Of a stretch of 64,000 bases of DNA, positions 28,412-37,142 are shown piece by piece (positions within the stretch are counted from its first letter, which is position 1; each line of letters starts with the position of its first letter). The position numbers were made by a program, and so were the translations under genes. The stretch spans positions 32,001 to 96,000 of the IMG/VR virus record IMGVR_UViG_3300014204_000114, one strand, 5' to 3'. This DNA comes from a virus (taxonomy: Duplodnaviria > Caudoviricetes). The notes beneath the pieces were generated by a model. That model saw only the letters and a list, made by a program, of their open reading frames with translations. It had not been told where the DNA came from and made no database searches.

Positions 28412-28489
28412 CGGGGTGTAGTTTAATAATGCAGAATACCGCCTCTGAGGGGCGGAGACTTGCCGGTTCAAATCCGGCTCCCCCGACCA
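28412..28489 (+). tRNA. Atypical tRNA: Pro-like acceptor (C1:G72, A73) with anticodon loop TC-TGA-GG
   Basis: Cloverleaf: D stem GTTT/GAAT, AC stem CCGCC/GGCGG, T arm GCCGG-TTCAAAT-CCGGC, encoded CCA; one acceptor mismatch and C33. Confidence 0.75.
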
Positions 28490-28499
28490 GCAATAATAA

Positions 28500-28678
28500 T
28501 ATTCCGGTAGGGCGACGCATGCCGAACGAATTTTAAGCCGTTAAAGATTACGAAAGGTATTACAAGGCCACGTAATCAGCGTCGTATTGCAATAATATCC
28601 TCACGGTCTCACTAAAGACTGTGAAACGGGGTTCGTAGGGTTGCCGTAAAGGTTCTTTGGCTCTGCGAGCCCCAAGCA
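28500..28678 (+). ncRNA. Candidate structured RNA downstream of the tRNA
   Basis: GCGACGC/GCGTCGT, GATTACG/CGTAATC, TCACGGTCT/AGACTGTGA, GGGGTTCGTAG/CTGCGAGCCCC helices. Confidence 0.5.
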
Positions 28679-28700
28679 ATTATAATATTAAGGAAATAAT

Positions 28701-28892
28701 ATGACAGTTAAAGTACAAACTAAAGTAGATATAGTTTGGGAAGACAATGGCGAATGTTCCCGCGAGTGTCCATTTTATGGATACGAATATGTGCAATACG
28801 AGGGAAACATCAAGACATGTCAACACCCAAAATATAAAATAAAATGTCAAATGAAAGAATCTAACAAATTATGCCATAAGGACAACTCATGA
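28701..28892 (+). CDS. Small Cys-rich protein
   Basis: CSRECPFY. Confidence 0.6.
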   Translation: MTVKVQTKVDIVWEDNGECSRECPFYGYEYVQYEGNIKTCQHPKYKIKCQMKESNKLCHKDNS

Positions 28893-29389
28893 TTACGTAT
28901 CACGTAGGAGACATGTTAGAGTCAGACGCAACTATACTGGTCAATCCGGTTAATTGCGTTGGCGTAATGGGTAAGGGGCTTGCCTTACAATTTAAAAAGA
29001 AATTCCCGCAGAATTTCGCAGATTATAAATATCACTGTGACGCTAGCAAAATCGCTCCTGGCGATAGATTGTTACGCCCAGGTTTTACACAAATGTGTGT
29101 TACCGATAATAAAATAATAATCAACGCTGCAACTAAAGACCATTGGAGAGATCCGTCACAAATAGAATGGATAAAAGAAATAGTATACACACTATGCACA
29201 ATGACGATTATTATATCTAAGAATGGATACCATCCTAGTCCATTACAAATAGCGATCCCACCTTTAGGCTGCGGCCTTGGCGGATTAAACAAACAGGACG
29301 TACTGGCAATAATTCTAAAAGGATTCGATAGTTTAAAGAATGATAAAACTATCGATATTCAATTATGGAATTTCAAAGAAAAGGAATAA
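28889..29389 (+). CDS. Macrodomain ADP-ribosylhydrolase (DarG-like)
   Basis: GDMLES, VNPVNCVGVMGKGLALQFK, TKDHWR, IAIPPLGCGLGGL. Confidence 0.9.
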   Translation: MITYHVGDMLESDATILVNPVNCVGVMGKGLALQFKKKFPQNFADYKYHCDASKIAPGDRLLRPGFTQMCVTDNKIIINAATKDHWRDPSQIEWIKEIVYTLCTMTIIISKNGYHPSPLQIAIPPLGCGLGGLNKQDVLAIILKGFDSLKNDKTIDIQLWNFKEKE

Positions 29390-29392
29390 ACT

Positions 29393-29647
29393 ATGATACT
29401 AAATGGCGAAATAGTAAATCCTCACAAAATAGGAGACAAAGTAACCTATTACAGATTGTATAACAAGAAGACCAAGAAATATTGGTGCGGATACAACGGC
29501 AAAGAATGGATGGGAGATAAAGAGTACGCAAATGGATACTACCGCACAGACGATGCCGTAGAAGCATTAGCTCTATTCGACAGCCCAAGTATAAAAATAC
29601 AAAAATTCATCACCGTTCTAACAGAAAAAGGATGGATAGAAAAGTAA
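29393..29647 (+). CDS. Hypothetical protein
   Basis: AAGGA SD. Confidence 0.65.
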   Translation: MILNGEIVNPHKIGDKVTYYRLYNKKTKKYWCGYNGKEWMGDKEYANGYYRTDDAVEALALFDSPSIKIQKFITVLTEKGWIEK

Positions 29648-29880
29648 TGGAAAATCTATCCGCAGAACAAATCGAAGGAGTATTCTGGATGGAAGAAAAA
29701 TGTGAGATTGACGATATATTAGCTCAGTACAGCTCTCCGGGTATGCCGGAGGATTGGAATCCATCTGAAGAAGAACTCGACCAGATGGCTGAATATTACA
29801 GAAACCTCAATTGGGGTAAAGGCGATGTTAAAGAAAGAAAAGAAGAAACGCTCAGCTTATGCGGTAGCGGCGCATTTTAG
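29632..29880 (+). CDS. Acidic hypothetical protein
   Basis: ORF in the operon. Confidence 0.6.
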   Translation: MDRKVMENLSAEQIEGVFWMEEKCEIDDILAQYSSPGMPEDWNPSEEELDQMAEYYRNLNWGKGDVKERKEETLSLCGSGAF

Positions 29881-29971
29881 AAACTCAAGCGGTCCTGAGA
29901 AACAAGGCAAAACTAAAAAGAGTTATAAAAGAAAAAAAGTAAAAGATTACTATGAGATGTCCTGGCAATAA
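29825..29971 (+). CDS. 48-aa basic protein, ArfA-like (not in ORF track)
   Basis: KRSAYAVAAHFRNSSGPEKQGKTKKSYKRKK resembles ArfA's FR..EK..K..SYxRK. Confidence 0.45.
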   Translation: MLKKEKKKRSAYAVAAHFRNSSGPEKQGKTKKSYKRKKVKDYYEMSWQ

Positions 29972-30233
29972 ATGCAAGAATAAAAGAGACCAACAAAACT
30001 GTGATAACAGGAATTGCTCGCATTATTACGACCCAAACGACAATAGTAATAATACAAAATGTTTATGGGTGGAAGGCCTAGAGCCTTTATCTTTCGAAGA
30101 GTTGATACTCAAGAAATTAGTGATGCGAAACATCGTGATAACTTATCCTCAGGCGGAAGAAAAAATGGGACTTTCGCAAAGAGAGTTAATAATGTTAGCC
30201 GGCTCTATAAGAAGTAAAGGATACCATTTATAA
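29952..30233 (+). CDS. Cys-rich/HTH-like protein, paralog of 31475-31753
   Basis: MRCPGNKC...YYDPND...IRSKGYHL. Confidence 0.7.
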   Translation: MRCPGNKCKNKRDQQNCDNRNCSHYYDPNDNSNNTKCLWVEGLEPLSFEELILKKLVMRNIVITYPQAEEKMGLSQRELIMLAGSIRSKGYHL

Positions 30234-31474
30234 ACTACCCCACTACAAGTAGCGGGGCTTGCGGTTCCGGAAGGAGAAAGTTAGAGATGAGAGATTGGAC
30301 CACAATAGGCATGTTTATAGATGCCCTTCGGGCTATGTTAATAGCACCATTAAAATCAGCATTTGAAGTATAACTACATATTTCGCAAGAAAATAAGGAT
30401 TGAGACTTTCGATTATGCTTAGAAATGTTACCACATTTAGGACAAGTTCTGGAAGTATTAACAGGAGAGACTGCAATAACAGGAACTCCGAAGAGCTTGG
30501 CCTTATATTCAATAAAACTTCTAAGCTGATAGAAAGCCCACTTTCCAAACTTATCTCTTTGGGCTTTGCTAACCGTTTTACTGAAACCTTTAAGGTTCTC
30601 AAGAGCGATAGCTCTTTGAGTGTCTTTAGCTTTGGAGACAATTTTCTTGGAAATTACATGATTTATATTACGTTTAAAGTTAGACTCTTTTTTAGAGATC
30701 TTCTTAAGATGCTTTTTAGCAGATGTAGTTCCACAGGATTGAAGGTTCTTTCTAAGTTTAGAGTATCTGACTCTGGTATTTTCAACTTCTTGTCCGGAAA
30801 AGAATTCTCCGTCGGAGGTAACGGCTAAATTAACGATACCCATATCAATTCCAAGAATACCTTTGGAACTGATTGGAGTACCATCAGGAACCTCAATGCA
30901 CAAACACAAATAGAGTTCGTTATTATAAAGGATCATGTCTGCTTGACCCTTGATTATTCTTCTATGTAGATTAGCATACTCATAGCAAACAAGAGGAATT
31001 TTAAACCTCCCATCAAGGCTAAGGATACTGACCGTATCCATCCCTTTAAAAGAGAGAATACGTCCATCGTAAACAATAGCAGAATGGGGTTTAAAAACAT
31101 GCAAAGCGGCTCTGCTAGATTTAGCTCTATAAGATTCAGAAACTTTACCAATGGCTCTAACTGTAAGTTGAGCAGAAAGTTTAAAGTTTTCTCTAACATA
31201 TCTATAACAAAGATGATGTAAGTCAACATGTCCAAATTTCTTAACTTCGAAAGCTATCTTAGACACAAAATTACAAGCTTCGTTAAAGACTTCCATAGTC
31301 TTTATAAGAGAAGCTTTCTGCTCTTCGGTAGTGAGAAGCTTAACTTTCAATGTAAGTTTCATAATTTTAGTATAGCATAAAATAAGCTTATAGCAATACT
31401 TTGAAAAATAAATTGAATACTCTAACCGCGCTCCTCCCCGCCCCAAGGGGTGGGGTGTCCGCGCTGAGGTCTTT
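30230..31474 (-). mobile_element. IS200/IS605-family (IS1341-type, tnpB-only) element
   Basis: Right-end hairpin ending ...GGGGTAGTTTAT, left-end hairpin at 31428-31466, flanking TAM TTCAT on the minus strand. Confidence 0.8.
30235..31362 (-). CDS. tnpB: TnpB RNA-guided nuclease
   Basis: MKLTLKVKL start; RuvC GIDMG / ALENL / NADFNGA; CPKC..CEIC Zn finger. Confidence 0.93.
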   Translation of the reverse strand: MKLTLKVKLLTTEEQKASLIKTMEVFNEACNFVSKIAFEVKKFGHVDLHHLCYRYVRENFKLSAQLTVRAIGKVSESYRAKSSRAALHVFKPHSAIVYDGRILSFKGMDTVSILSLDGRFKIPLVCYEYANLHRRIIKGQADMILYNNELYLCLCIEVPDGTPISSKGILGIDMGIVNLAVTSDGEFFSGQEVENTRVRYSKLRKNLQSCGTTSAKKHLKKISKKESNFKRNINHVISKKIVSKAKDTQRAIALENLKGFSKTVSKAQRDKFGKWAFYQLRSFIEYKAKLFGVPVIAVSPVNTSRTCPKCGNISKHNRKSQSLFSCEICSYTSNADFNGAINIARRASINMPIVVQSLISNFLLPEPQAPLLVVG

Positions 31475-31753
31475 ATGAAATGCCCAAAAGGCAAATGCCT
31501 TAACAGATTATCAAAAGGGTTAGCTAAATGCGATCCTAAATACGATTACTATTATCCAGAGGATGCGAGTAATTGCATATTAGAGCCCGGAAAAGAATTT
31601 TTGACTCCCGAAGAAGCAAGAGTACTGAAAGTATTAAGAAAAGATGGCGTTCGTTCGTACTCTATAGCTTCTGACATACTAAAAATACCTTATGAAAAAG
31701 TAATAGAAATACATAATCGGATAAGATGCAAAGACTATTATTTAGTTGACTAA
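31475..31753 (+). CDS. Cys-rich/HTH-like protein, paralog of 29952-30233
   Basis: MKCPKGKC...YYYPED...IRCKDYYL. Confidence 0.7.
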   Translation: MKCPKGKCLNRLSKGLAKCDPKYDYYYPEDASNCILEPGKEFLTPEEARVLKVLRKDGVRSYSIASDILKIPYEKVIEIHNRIRCKDYYLVD

Positions 31754-31754
31754 C

Positions 31755-32485
31755 AAGAACTGAATCCAATTCATTATTCACTGACATAAAGTCATTGAAC
31801 TTAGTTCAATTAATGAAAAACATAGGCCAAAAAAAACTTTTTACTCCCTTTATCCTTATTATAAAAACAAAACCTTAATACTAAATACAATGTATTCTAT
31901 AATTATGTATTATATACTTAAGGCTAAAGTATAAATTTTATGCGAGTATATTTAAGTTATAATATATTCCGAGTATAAAATTTATAACAATGATTCAACA
32001 CTTTTTAAAAATGCTAAAAACCAAAATGAATTGCATTCAGCTATGAAAAAACATAAATCGAATTACAAAAAGTAATAAAAGCTCAAAATCACTAGCCTCT
32101 AAAAAGAGCCTTAAAAAATGAATGAGCGTTCATTCAGTTTTAGGAGGTTAACGCTCAAGTGGCGCTGGCCTTTTTCGCGGGTGATGCCCCGCTAACCCCC
32201 GTTAAAAGTACAAAACATTCGGATTCTTAAAAAAGAGTCCGAAGTATGTAGTAACAATACCCCTAATTTCGACCTTATTACCCTCTAGAATCGATTTTTA
32301 AATCAATACTAAGGGTAAGGTGGCTTCGCGCTCTTAATCGTCGCTTAAAACCGTTATTAACTCGAAGGGATATTCCGCGAGTAAATAAATAATATTGACT
32401 TAAAACTCATTTCTTAAATAAATTTAACTTAATTAATTTAAAAATTATAAAAATGAATCTTATTCATTTCTATTAAAAGGAGAAC
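31755..32485. other. Long AT-rich non-coding region with palindromes and short repeats (origin- or regulatory-like)
   Basis: No ORF; AGTATA(A)ATTT x3, TGAATGAGCGTTCATTCA palindrome, inverted copy of CCTTAGTATTGA. Confidence 0.5.
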
Positions 32486-32488
32486 CTA

Positions 32489-32686
32489 ATGAAAAATCCC
32501 CTGAATAGTATCTTCAAATTCAAGCCCAAAACAGAAATGGGCTGGATAATAGCAGGGACATTCGGATTGGTCATGCTGTTTATAATGGTTCTCAATCTAT
32601 GGCAAGTAATTAAAGTATTTATACTTGGCCTTGTAATAGGCTATATAGTTAGAATATTTAACAAAGATGTTAGAGACGAAAAATAG
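32489..32686 (+). CDS. Small two-TM protein
   Basis: AAGGAG SD. Confidence 0.7.
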   Translation: MKNPLNSIFKFKPKTEMGWIIAGTFGLVMLFIMVLNLWQVIKVFILGLVIGYIVRIFNKDVRDEK

Positions 32687-32693
32687 GGGCTAA

Positions 32694-32903
32694 GTGATGA
32701 AAAACGCTAAATTCAAAATTGACAAACATTATTATAATACGCCTTTCGCGTCGAAGCTACTACATGACTTCAAGTTGATAGAGCAGGCTGAAAAGCGCGC
32801 AAATAAAATTATTAGAAATTCGGAAGTTAAATTATCTAAAAAAGAAAAAAGGATAATGAAAAAGAAATTAGTAGAAGGCTTCTTAAAAAAACTCCGAGAT
32901 TAA
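32694..32903 (+). CDS. Basic hypothetical protein
   Basis: ORF in the operon. Confidence 0.6.
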   Translation: MMKNAKFKIDKHYYNTPFASKLLHDFKLIEQAEKRANKIIRNSEVKLSKKEKRIMKKKLVEGFLKKLRD

Positions 32904-32915
32904 ATAGGAGGAATC

Positions 32916-33299
32916 ATGACTACGAAATTTAATTCGAAAGAATTCAATAAATTAATCGCACAAACGGAACGAGAATACGACGACATGATGACTACGTTCC
33001 GGAGAACATTATTCAAGCCATTAATGAGAATCTATGGCTTAGGTAATACATTCATATGGGCGATAGATAATAAAGACAGAAACTGGAAAGTTATAAAAAA
33101 TGAGGACGGAGACCTTGTTCTAATGAGGATGATATCAATCGAACTTTGGCACGAAGTATTACCTCCCGAAATAGAACAAGTATTCTTAAGCGAAGTATCG
33201 CTTCAGTACTTGTATGAACAAGTCTACGGAGTGAACGAGTCGCTGAATAAAATTAATGAAGAACTTCGTTTGAAATTCTTCAAACCGGAAGGAGAATGA
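32916..33299 (+). CDS. Hypothetical protein
   Basis: AGGAGG SD. Confidence 0.75.
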   Translation: MTTKFNSKEFNKLIAQTEREYDDMMTTFRRTLFKPLMRIYGLGNTFIWAIDNKDRNWKVIKNEDGDLVLMRMISIELWHEVLPPEIEQVFLSEVSLQYLYEQVYGVNESLNKINEELRLKFFKPEGE

Positions 33300-33300
33300 T

Positions 33301-33624
33301 ATGCTCCTTGTAAGTTTAATTATGGGCTTAGCCACGTTCCTGGCATTTATGCTGGCGTGGATTAAGTTACCGTACGGATTAAGAAAGTTCTTAGTGAGGC
33401 ATTCCACGCTTACGGATTTAACAGCTACAGTCCTGAGTTATTTACTTCACGGACAGACCGCAACTGCGATATTAGCAGCAGGCATAGTGGCTGTAAGCGT
33501 GAGCGTATGTCTTAAAATCTCTGAGAAATCAGAAGAATATGAGTGGGTTTATAGCCTGGTTAGATTAACCCCGCCTAAATATTTTATTAAGGAGATAGTA
33601 GATGAAAGTGAGAAGGGTTTATAG
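33301..33624 (+). CDS. Membrane protein
   Basis: Multiple hydrophobic segments. Confidence 0.7.
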   Translation: MLLVSLIMGLATFLAFMLAWIKLPYGLRKFLVRHSTLTDLTATVLSYLLHGQTATAILAAGIVAVSVSVCLKISEKSEEYEWVYSLVRLTPPKYFIKEIVDESEKGL

Positions 33625-34885
33625 CTCTGTCGAACTGGAAAAAGCCGCGGCTTTAAGAGCCGCAATCGTATCACAAATAACCATTGACGAGAAAGATTCT
33701 CTGAAGATGTTTCGTCAGGGGGAGGACGAGACAAGTTATTATGAGGGAGTAACGAAGTATCTGGATGAGTATTACTACATAGTAGACGAGAAAGACGAGT
33801 TCGATACGGAAGAGTTCTTTGCGTTCGCGTGGAAGACATTTCCATGGCAGACTCGTAAAATAGTCGAGGCAAATCCAAATCCCAGAGCACAGTGCAGAGA
33901 GTTCATGAAATTCCTAACGTCAGTGGGACGAAAGGTTTCGGAGTGCAAGGGCACTAAAGACAATCCTGCAGTCAGAACTACTCCGTATTCCGAAATAATG
34001 TTCGGAAGACAATTGGATTTACTCTCTTACTTACATTCAATATTCCCCGAGTATATGGACAACTCGGATTACTACGTGGAATTCAATATGGAATTAGAAC
34101 CGATTCGGATAATCAAGAAAAGGCATCCGTATTTCCATACTCCGATTTTAGACAATTCTCAGCGAGAACCGGATGAAGTAGAACTGAATCCAATAGAGAA
34201 GGAGCTTAAGAAATTAGAGACTCCGGAAGAGGATGCTCTTAATTTCGTAGACGATTCTATAGATGTAGGATACGTCAAAAAACAATCCAAGGATATATTC
34301 ACAGACGGATTCGAAGAGCCGGATGATGACGATATTCTGGATGACTCCGAAGAAGTAGAGGATGGAGAATTCCAGCCTTACGAAAAAGGATTCGTCCACG
34401 ACCACTACGACCTGCAAATGGATATAACAGGCAGCATGATTACTGCCGTGGAGGAATTCGATGATAATGGCAATGGTATTGTGGAAGAAAAGGACGTTAT
34501 TGTCAGCGATTTACGCGAGGCTAAGTGGGCTCGTGCGAATGTTGGCAAGAAGTGGAATAAGAAATATTTCCTCAAAGATGACGTGCTGTACAAACACGTA
34601 ATCCAACCTAAAGTAAAGTACGAAGAAGTCCCGGGCTATGAAGCTGCAGTATGGCCTCAAGCTGTAGCTCAGGCGGGACATGGTCCCAAGTTCAGAGAGA
34701 TATATCAGATGATGAAAAAGAGAAATCGCGACGGCGAATACCGTCTCGATAAAAGATCCCTCTACGGGATCATAAAAGCAGAGGAAGGTAAAAGAACTCT
34801 GACCAAGTCCGACATAGGAAGGCTTTGGGACCTGATCAAGATTAGGGACTTTATAGTTGAAAGGAGAAAAGAATGCATGAGATAA
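33602..34885 (+). CDS. Hypothetical protein with acidic central tract
   Basis: 427-aa ORF, AAGGAG SD. Confidence 0.8.
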   Translation: MKVRRVYSSVELEKAAALRAAIVSQITIDEKDSLKMFRQGEDETSYYEGVTKYLDEYYYIVDEKDEFDTEEFFAFAWKTFPWQTRKIVEANPNPRAQCREFMKFLTSVGRKVSECKGTKDNPAVRTTPYSEIMFGRQLDLLSYLHSIFPEYMDNSDYYVEFNMELEPIRIIKKRHPYFHTPILDNSQREPDEVELNPIEKELKKLETPEEDALNFVDDSIDVGYVKKQSKDIFTDGFEEPDDDDILDDSEEVEDGEFQPYEKGFVHDHYDLQMDITGSMITAVEEFDDNGNGIVEEKDVIVSDLREAKWARANVGKKWNKKYFLKDDVLYKHVIQPKVKYEEVPGYEAAVWPQAVAQAGHGPKFREIYQMMKKRNRDGEYRLDKRSLYGIIKAEEGKRTLTKSDIGRLWDLIKIRDFIVERRKECMR

Positions 34886-34922
34886 AAGCTAAATATAATA
34901 AAGCCCTCATCGTGAACTACTG

Positions 34923-36074
34923 TCAGCTAAAGCAGACAGCTTCTGGCGCAACGCCCCGGATGGGCGTTAACGCACCTGGGCTCGTTCCGAACCCTAAAAG
35001 GAGAATATTTTGAGCAGCATTAACATCACGATCAATAGTATATCCGCAATGCGGACAACTATGAGTACGCTCGCTCAAAGATTTTTTAACCATATTATTG
35101 CACTTACTGCATATTTGGGATGTGTTTTTGGGGTTTACAAGAATAACTTTAGAACCAGCTTCTTCCGCTTTGTACTTCAGCATACTCCTGAACTCACCAA
35201 TAGCAACATCAGAAACATGTTTAGCAAGGTGTTTATTTTTAAGCATAAAATCGAGAGGCATATCTTCCATAAAGATATCGCCGTATTTATTAGAGATTTC
35301 TCTAGTGGTTTTATGAAGGAAATCCTTCCTTTGATTTTTAATATGCTCATGAAAGTTAATAAGTTTTTTAACAGTCTTTTTACGACTGTTACTGCCCTTA
35401 ACTTTTCGGGATACACTTCTCTGGATAACTCTAAGTTCTTTCAAAGAGTTGTTGAGATATTTAGGGCTGTCATAAACAGTACCATCAGAAAGGGTAGCCA
35501 AATGAGAGATACCTACATCGATACCTACTGGAGGTTTATCAGATACAGTTTCAATAGTATTATAAATCTCTATAGAAAAATTAGCGTACCATTTATCATT
35601 GACACGTTTTATAACTACGTGTTTTATCTTACTGTTTTGTGGAATATCCCTATGAAGTTTTACAGAAATTTCACCAACATGTTGAATTCTTACTTTCTTA
35701 TTATTAAGAAGTTTACATCCATCATTGTAAGTGAATTCTATACTATTGAATCTACTAGCATTTTTAAATCTAGGAAAACCTGGCTTATCACCAGCTTTAA
35801 CTCTTCTAAAGAAAGCTTTGAAGGCCTTATCGAGCCTTCTAAGCATTTGTTGCATAGAACTAGAATTAACATTGGGACACTTAAGTTTTCTAATCTTATT
35901 AAAGAGTGCAGCTTGTTGGACATAAGGGATATATTCTCCCCGTCTTTTATAGGCTTTAATACGTTGCTCAAGGGCTTTATTATAGATAAAACGCTGCTGA
36001 TTAAGGATCTTACAAAGAAGATCTTTTTGAGTCTTATTAGGGCGCAATCTATAGTTGTAAGTTTTTACGACCAC
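34923..36074 (-). CDS. tnpB: TnpB RNA-guided nuclease
   Basis: YNYRLRPN, GIDVG / MEDM / DRDVNAA, CSKC..CPHC. Confidence 0.95.
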   Translation of the reverse strand: MVVKTYNYRLRPNKTQKDLLCKILNQQRFIYNKALEQRIKAYKRRGEYIPYVQQAALFNKIRKLKCPNVNSSSMQQMLRRLDKAFKAFFRRVKAGDKPGFPRFKNASRFNSIEFTYNDGCKLLNNKKVRIQHVGEISVKLHRDIPQNSKIKHVVIKRVNDKWYANFSIEIYNTIETVSDKPPVGIDVGISHLATLSDGTVYDSPKYLNNSLKELRVIQRSVSRKVKGSNSRKKTVKKLINFHEHIKNQRKDFLHKTTREISNKYGDIFMEDMPLDFMLKNKHLAKHVSDVAIGEFRSMLKYKAEEAGSKVILVNPKNTSQICSKCNNMVKKSLSERTHSCPHCGYTIDRDVNAAQNILLLGFGTSPGALTPIRGVAPEAVCFS

Positions 36075-36473
36075 TTATCTGCCTTTTTGAGCCTCAATAT
36101 AATGCTCTATAGCTTTAGAGCTAACAGAACCGACAGTATTGATAAAATAACTTCTGCTCCACAAAGTTGGAAGCTTTTTTCTGATACTAGGGAACTCTTG
36201 CATAAGCCTTCTGGAGGTATAGCCTTTAAGCTGATTAGCAATGTATTGAGGCGCATCCATTGGAGTAGCGCTAATAAAGACGTGAACATGATCGGGCATA
36301 ACAGCAATGCTCTCTACAGCCCATTCATGCTGTTGAGCTTTGTCACATATAAGCTCAGAGCATCTTTGTGCTATTTCATCAAGAAGTATACTCTTTCTGT
36401 ATTTTGGGCACCAAACAATGTGATACTTCGTAGAGTATACACAACCGACATGTTTTGTATATCTTTTATCCAT
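36075..36473 (-). CDS. tnpA: IS200-like Y1 HUH transposase
   Basis: YHIVWCPKYR, PDHVH, LWSRSYF, YIEAQ. Confidence 0.95.
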   Translation of the reverse strand: MDKRYTKHVGCVYSTKYHIVWCPKYRKSILLDEIAQRCSELICDKAQQHEWAVESIAVMPDHVHVFISATPMDAPQYIANQLKGYTSRRLMQEFPSIRKKLPTLWSRSYFINTVGSVSSKAIEHYIEAQKGR

Positions 36474-36696
36474 GATTTAAGCATAGCATAAGTAATATGC
36501 TTGTCAATAGTATACAATGAATAATATGAAAAATAATATAAAAAAAAGAAAGGAGGAAGGCGCGATTCCTCAGTCGCCTAAAGACGACTGTCCCCTCGTG
36601 CCGTAACTTCATGGTATACGCCAAAGCAACGCAAACAAGCATTAAAACGGATTGAGAAAGTACTAAAAGAAATATCTCAAAAAAGAGGAGAGCGAA

Positions 36697-37140
36697 ATGC
36701 TAGATAAAATCAATAAATTGTCTAACGAATATTCAATAAAAGGTGACCTTTTGCATTTGTTTTTAGAGAACAAAAATCTCGACGATTCCGATGCGGATTT
36801 AGCAACTATTTTAAGTTACATAAAATGGAAGCAGAGCGAATATAATAACAAAAGTAAGATGCTCTCTGTATATGGGAATTGGAGTCTGGGTTCCGGAACC
36901 AGCTACTGCCCATTATGTAATGTGTTCTTTGATAACGAGTGTTACGGGTGCCCTTTAGTATTAAAAGGCGGCAATGGCTGCGCTGACGGTCAAAAGCATC
37001 CGTATGACGAGGCGCTAATAGGAAGCAAAGAAAGCCTGCTTAAGCTGCTCGAATCGAAAGTCAAAAAGATAGAATTCGATAAAGGACTTCTAAAGAGAGT
37101 CGAGACTTCTCTTAAGAAAATTTCAAAAAAGAAGAGGTAA
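36697..37140 (+). CDS. Cys-cluster hypothetical protein
   Basis: CPLC...CYGCPL. Confidence 0.7.
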   Translation: MLDKINKLSNEYSIKGDLLHLFLENKNLDDSDADLATILSYIKWKQSEYNNKSKMLSVYGNWSLGSGTSYCPLCNVFFDNECYGCPLVLKGGNGCADGQKHPYDEALIGSKESLLKLLESKVKKIEFDKGLLKRVETSLKKISKKKR

Positions 37141-37142
37141 AT

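Larger units (their letters stand above)
34912..36610 (-). mobile_element. IS605-family element (tnpA + tnpB)
   Basis: Right end ...GCTGACAGTAGTTCAC hairpin; left-end hairpin CAGTCG-CCTAAAGA-CGACTG; flanking TAM ACCAT. Confidence 0.88.

Noticed and set aside
31363-31494. N-terminal extension of the first TnpB in the ORF track
   Set aside because: Runs through the left-end hairpin and the neighbouring gene; the typical TnpB start is MKLTLKVKL at 31362
35010-36491. 493-aa plus-strand ORF (also 57876-58967 and 30400-30828)
   Set aside because: Antisense shadows of tnpA/tnpB with no recognisable motifs
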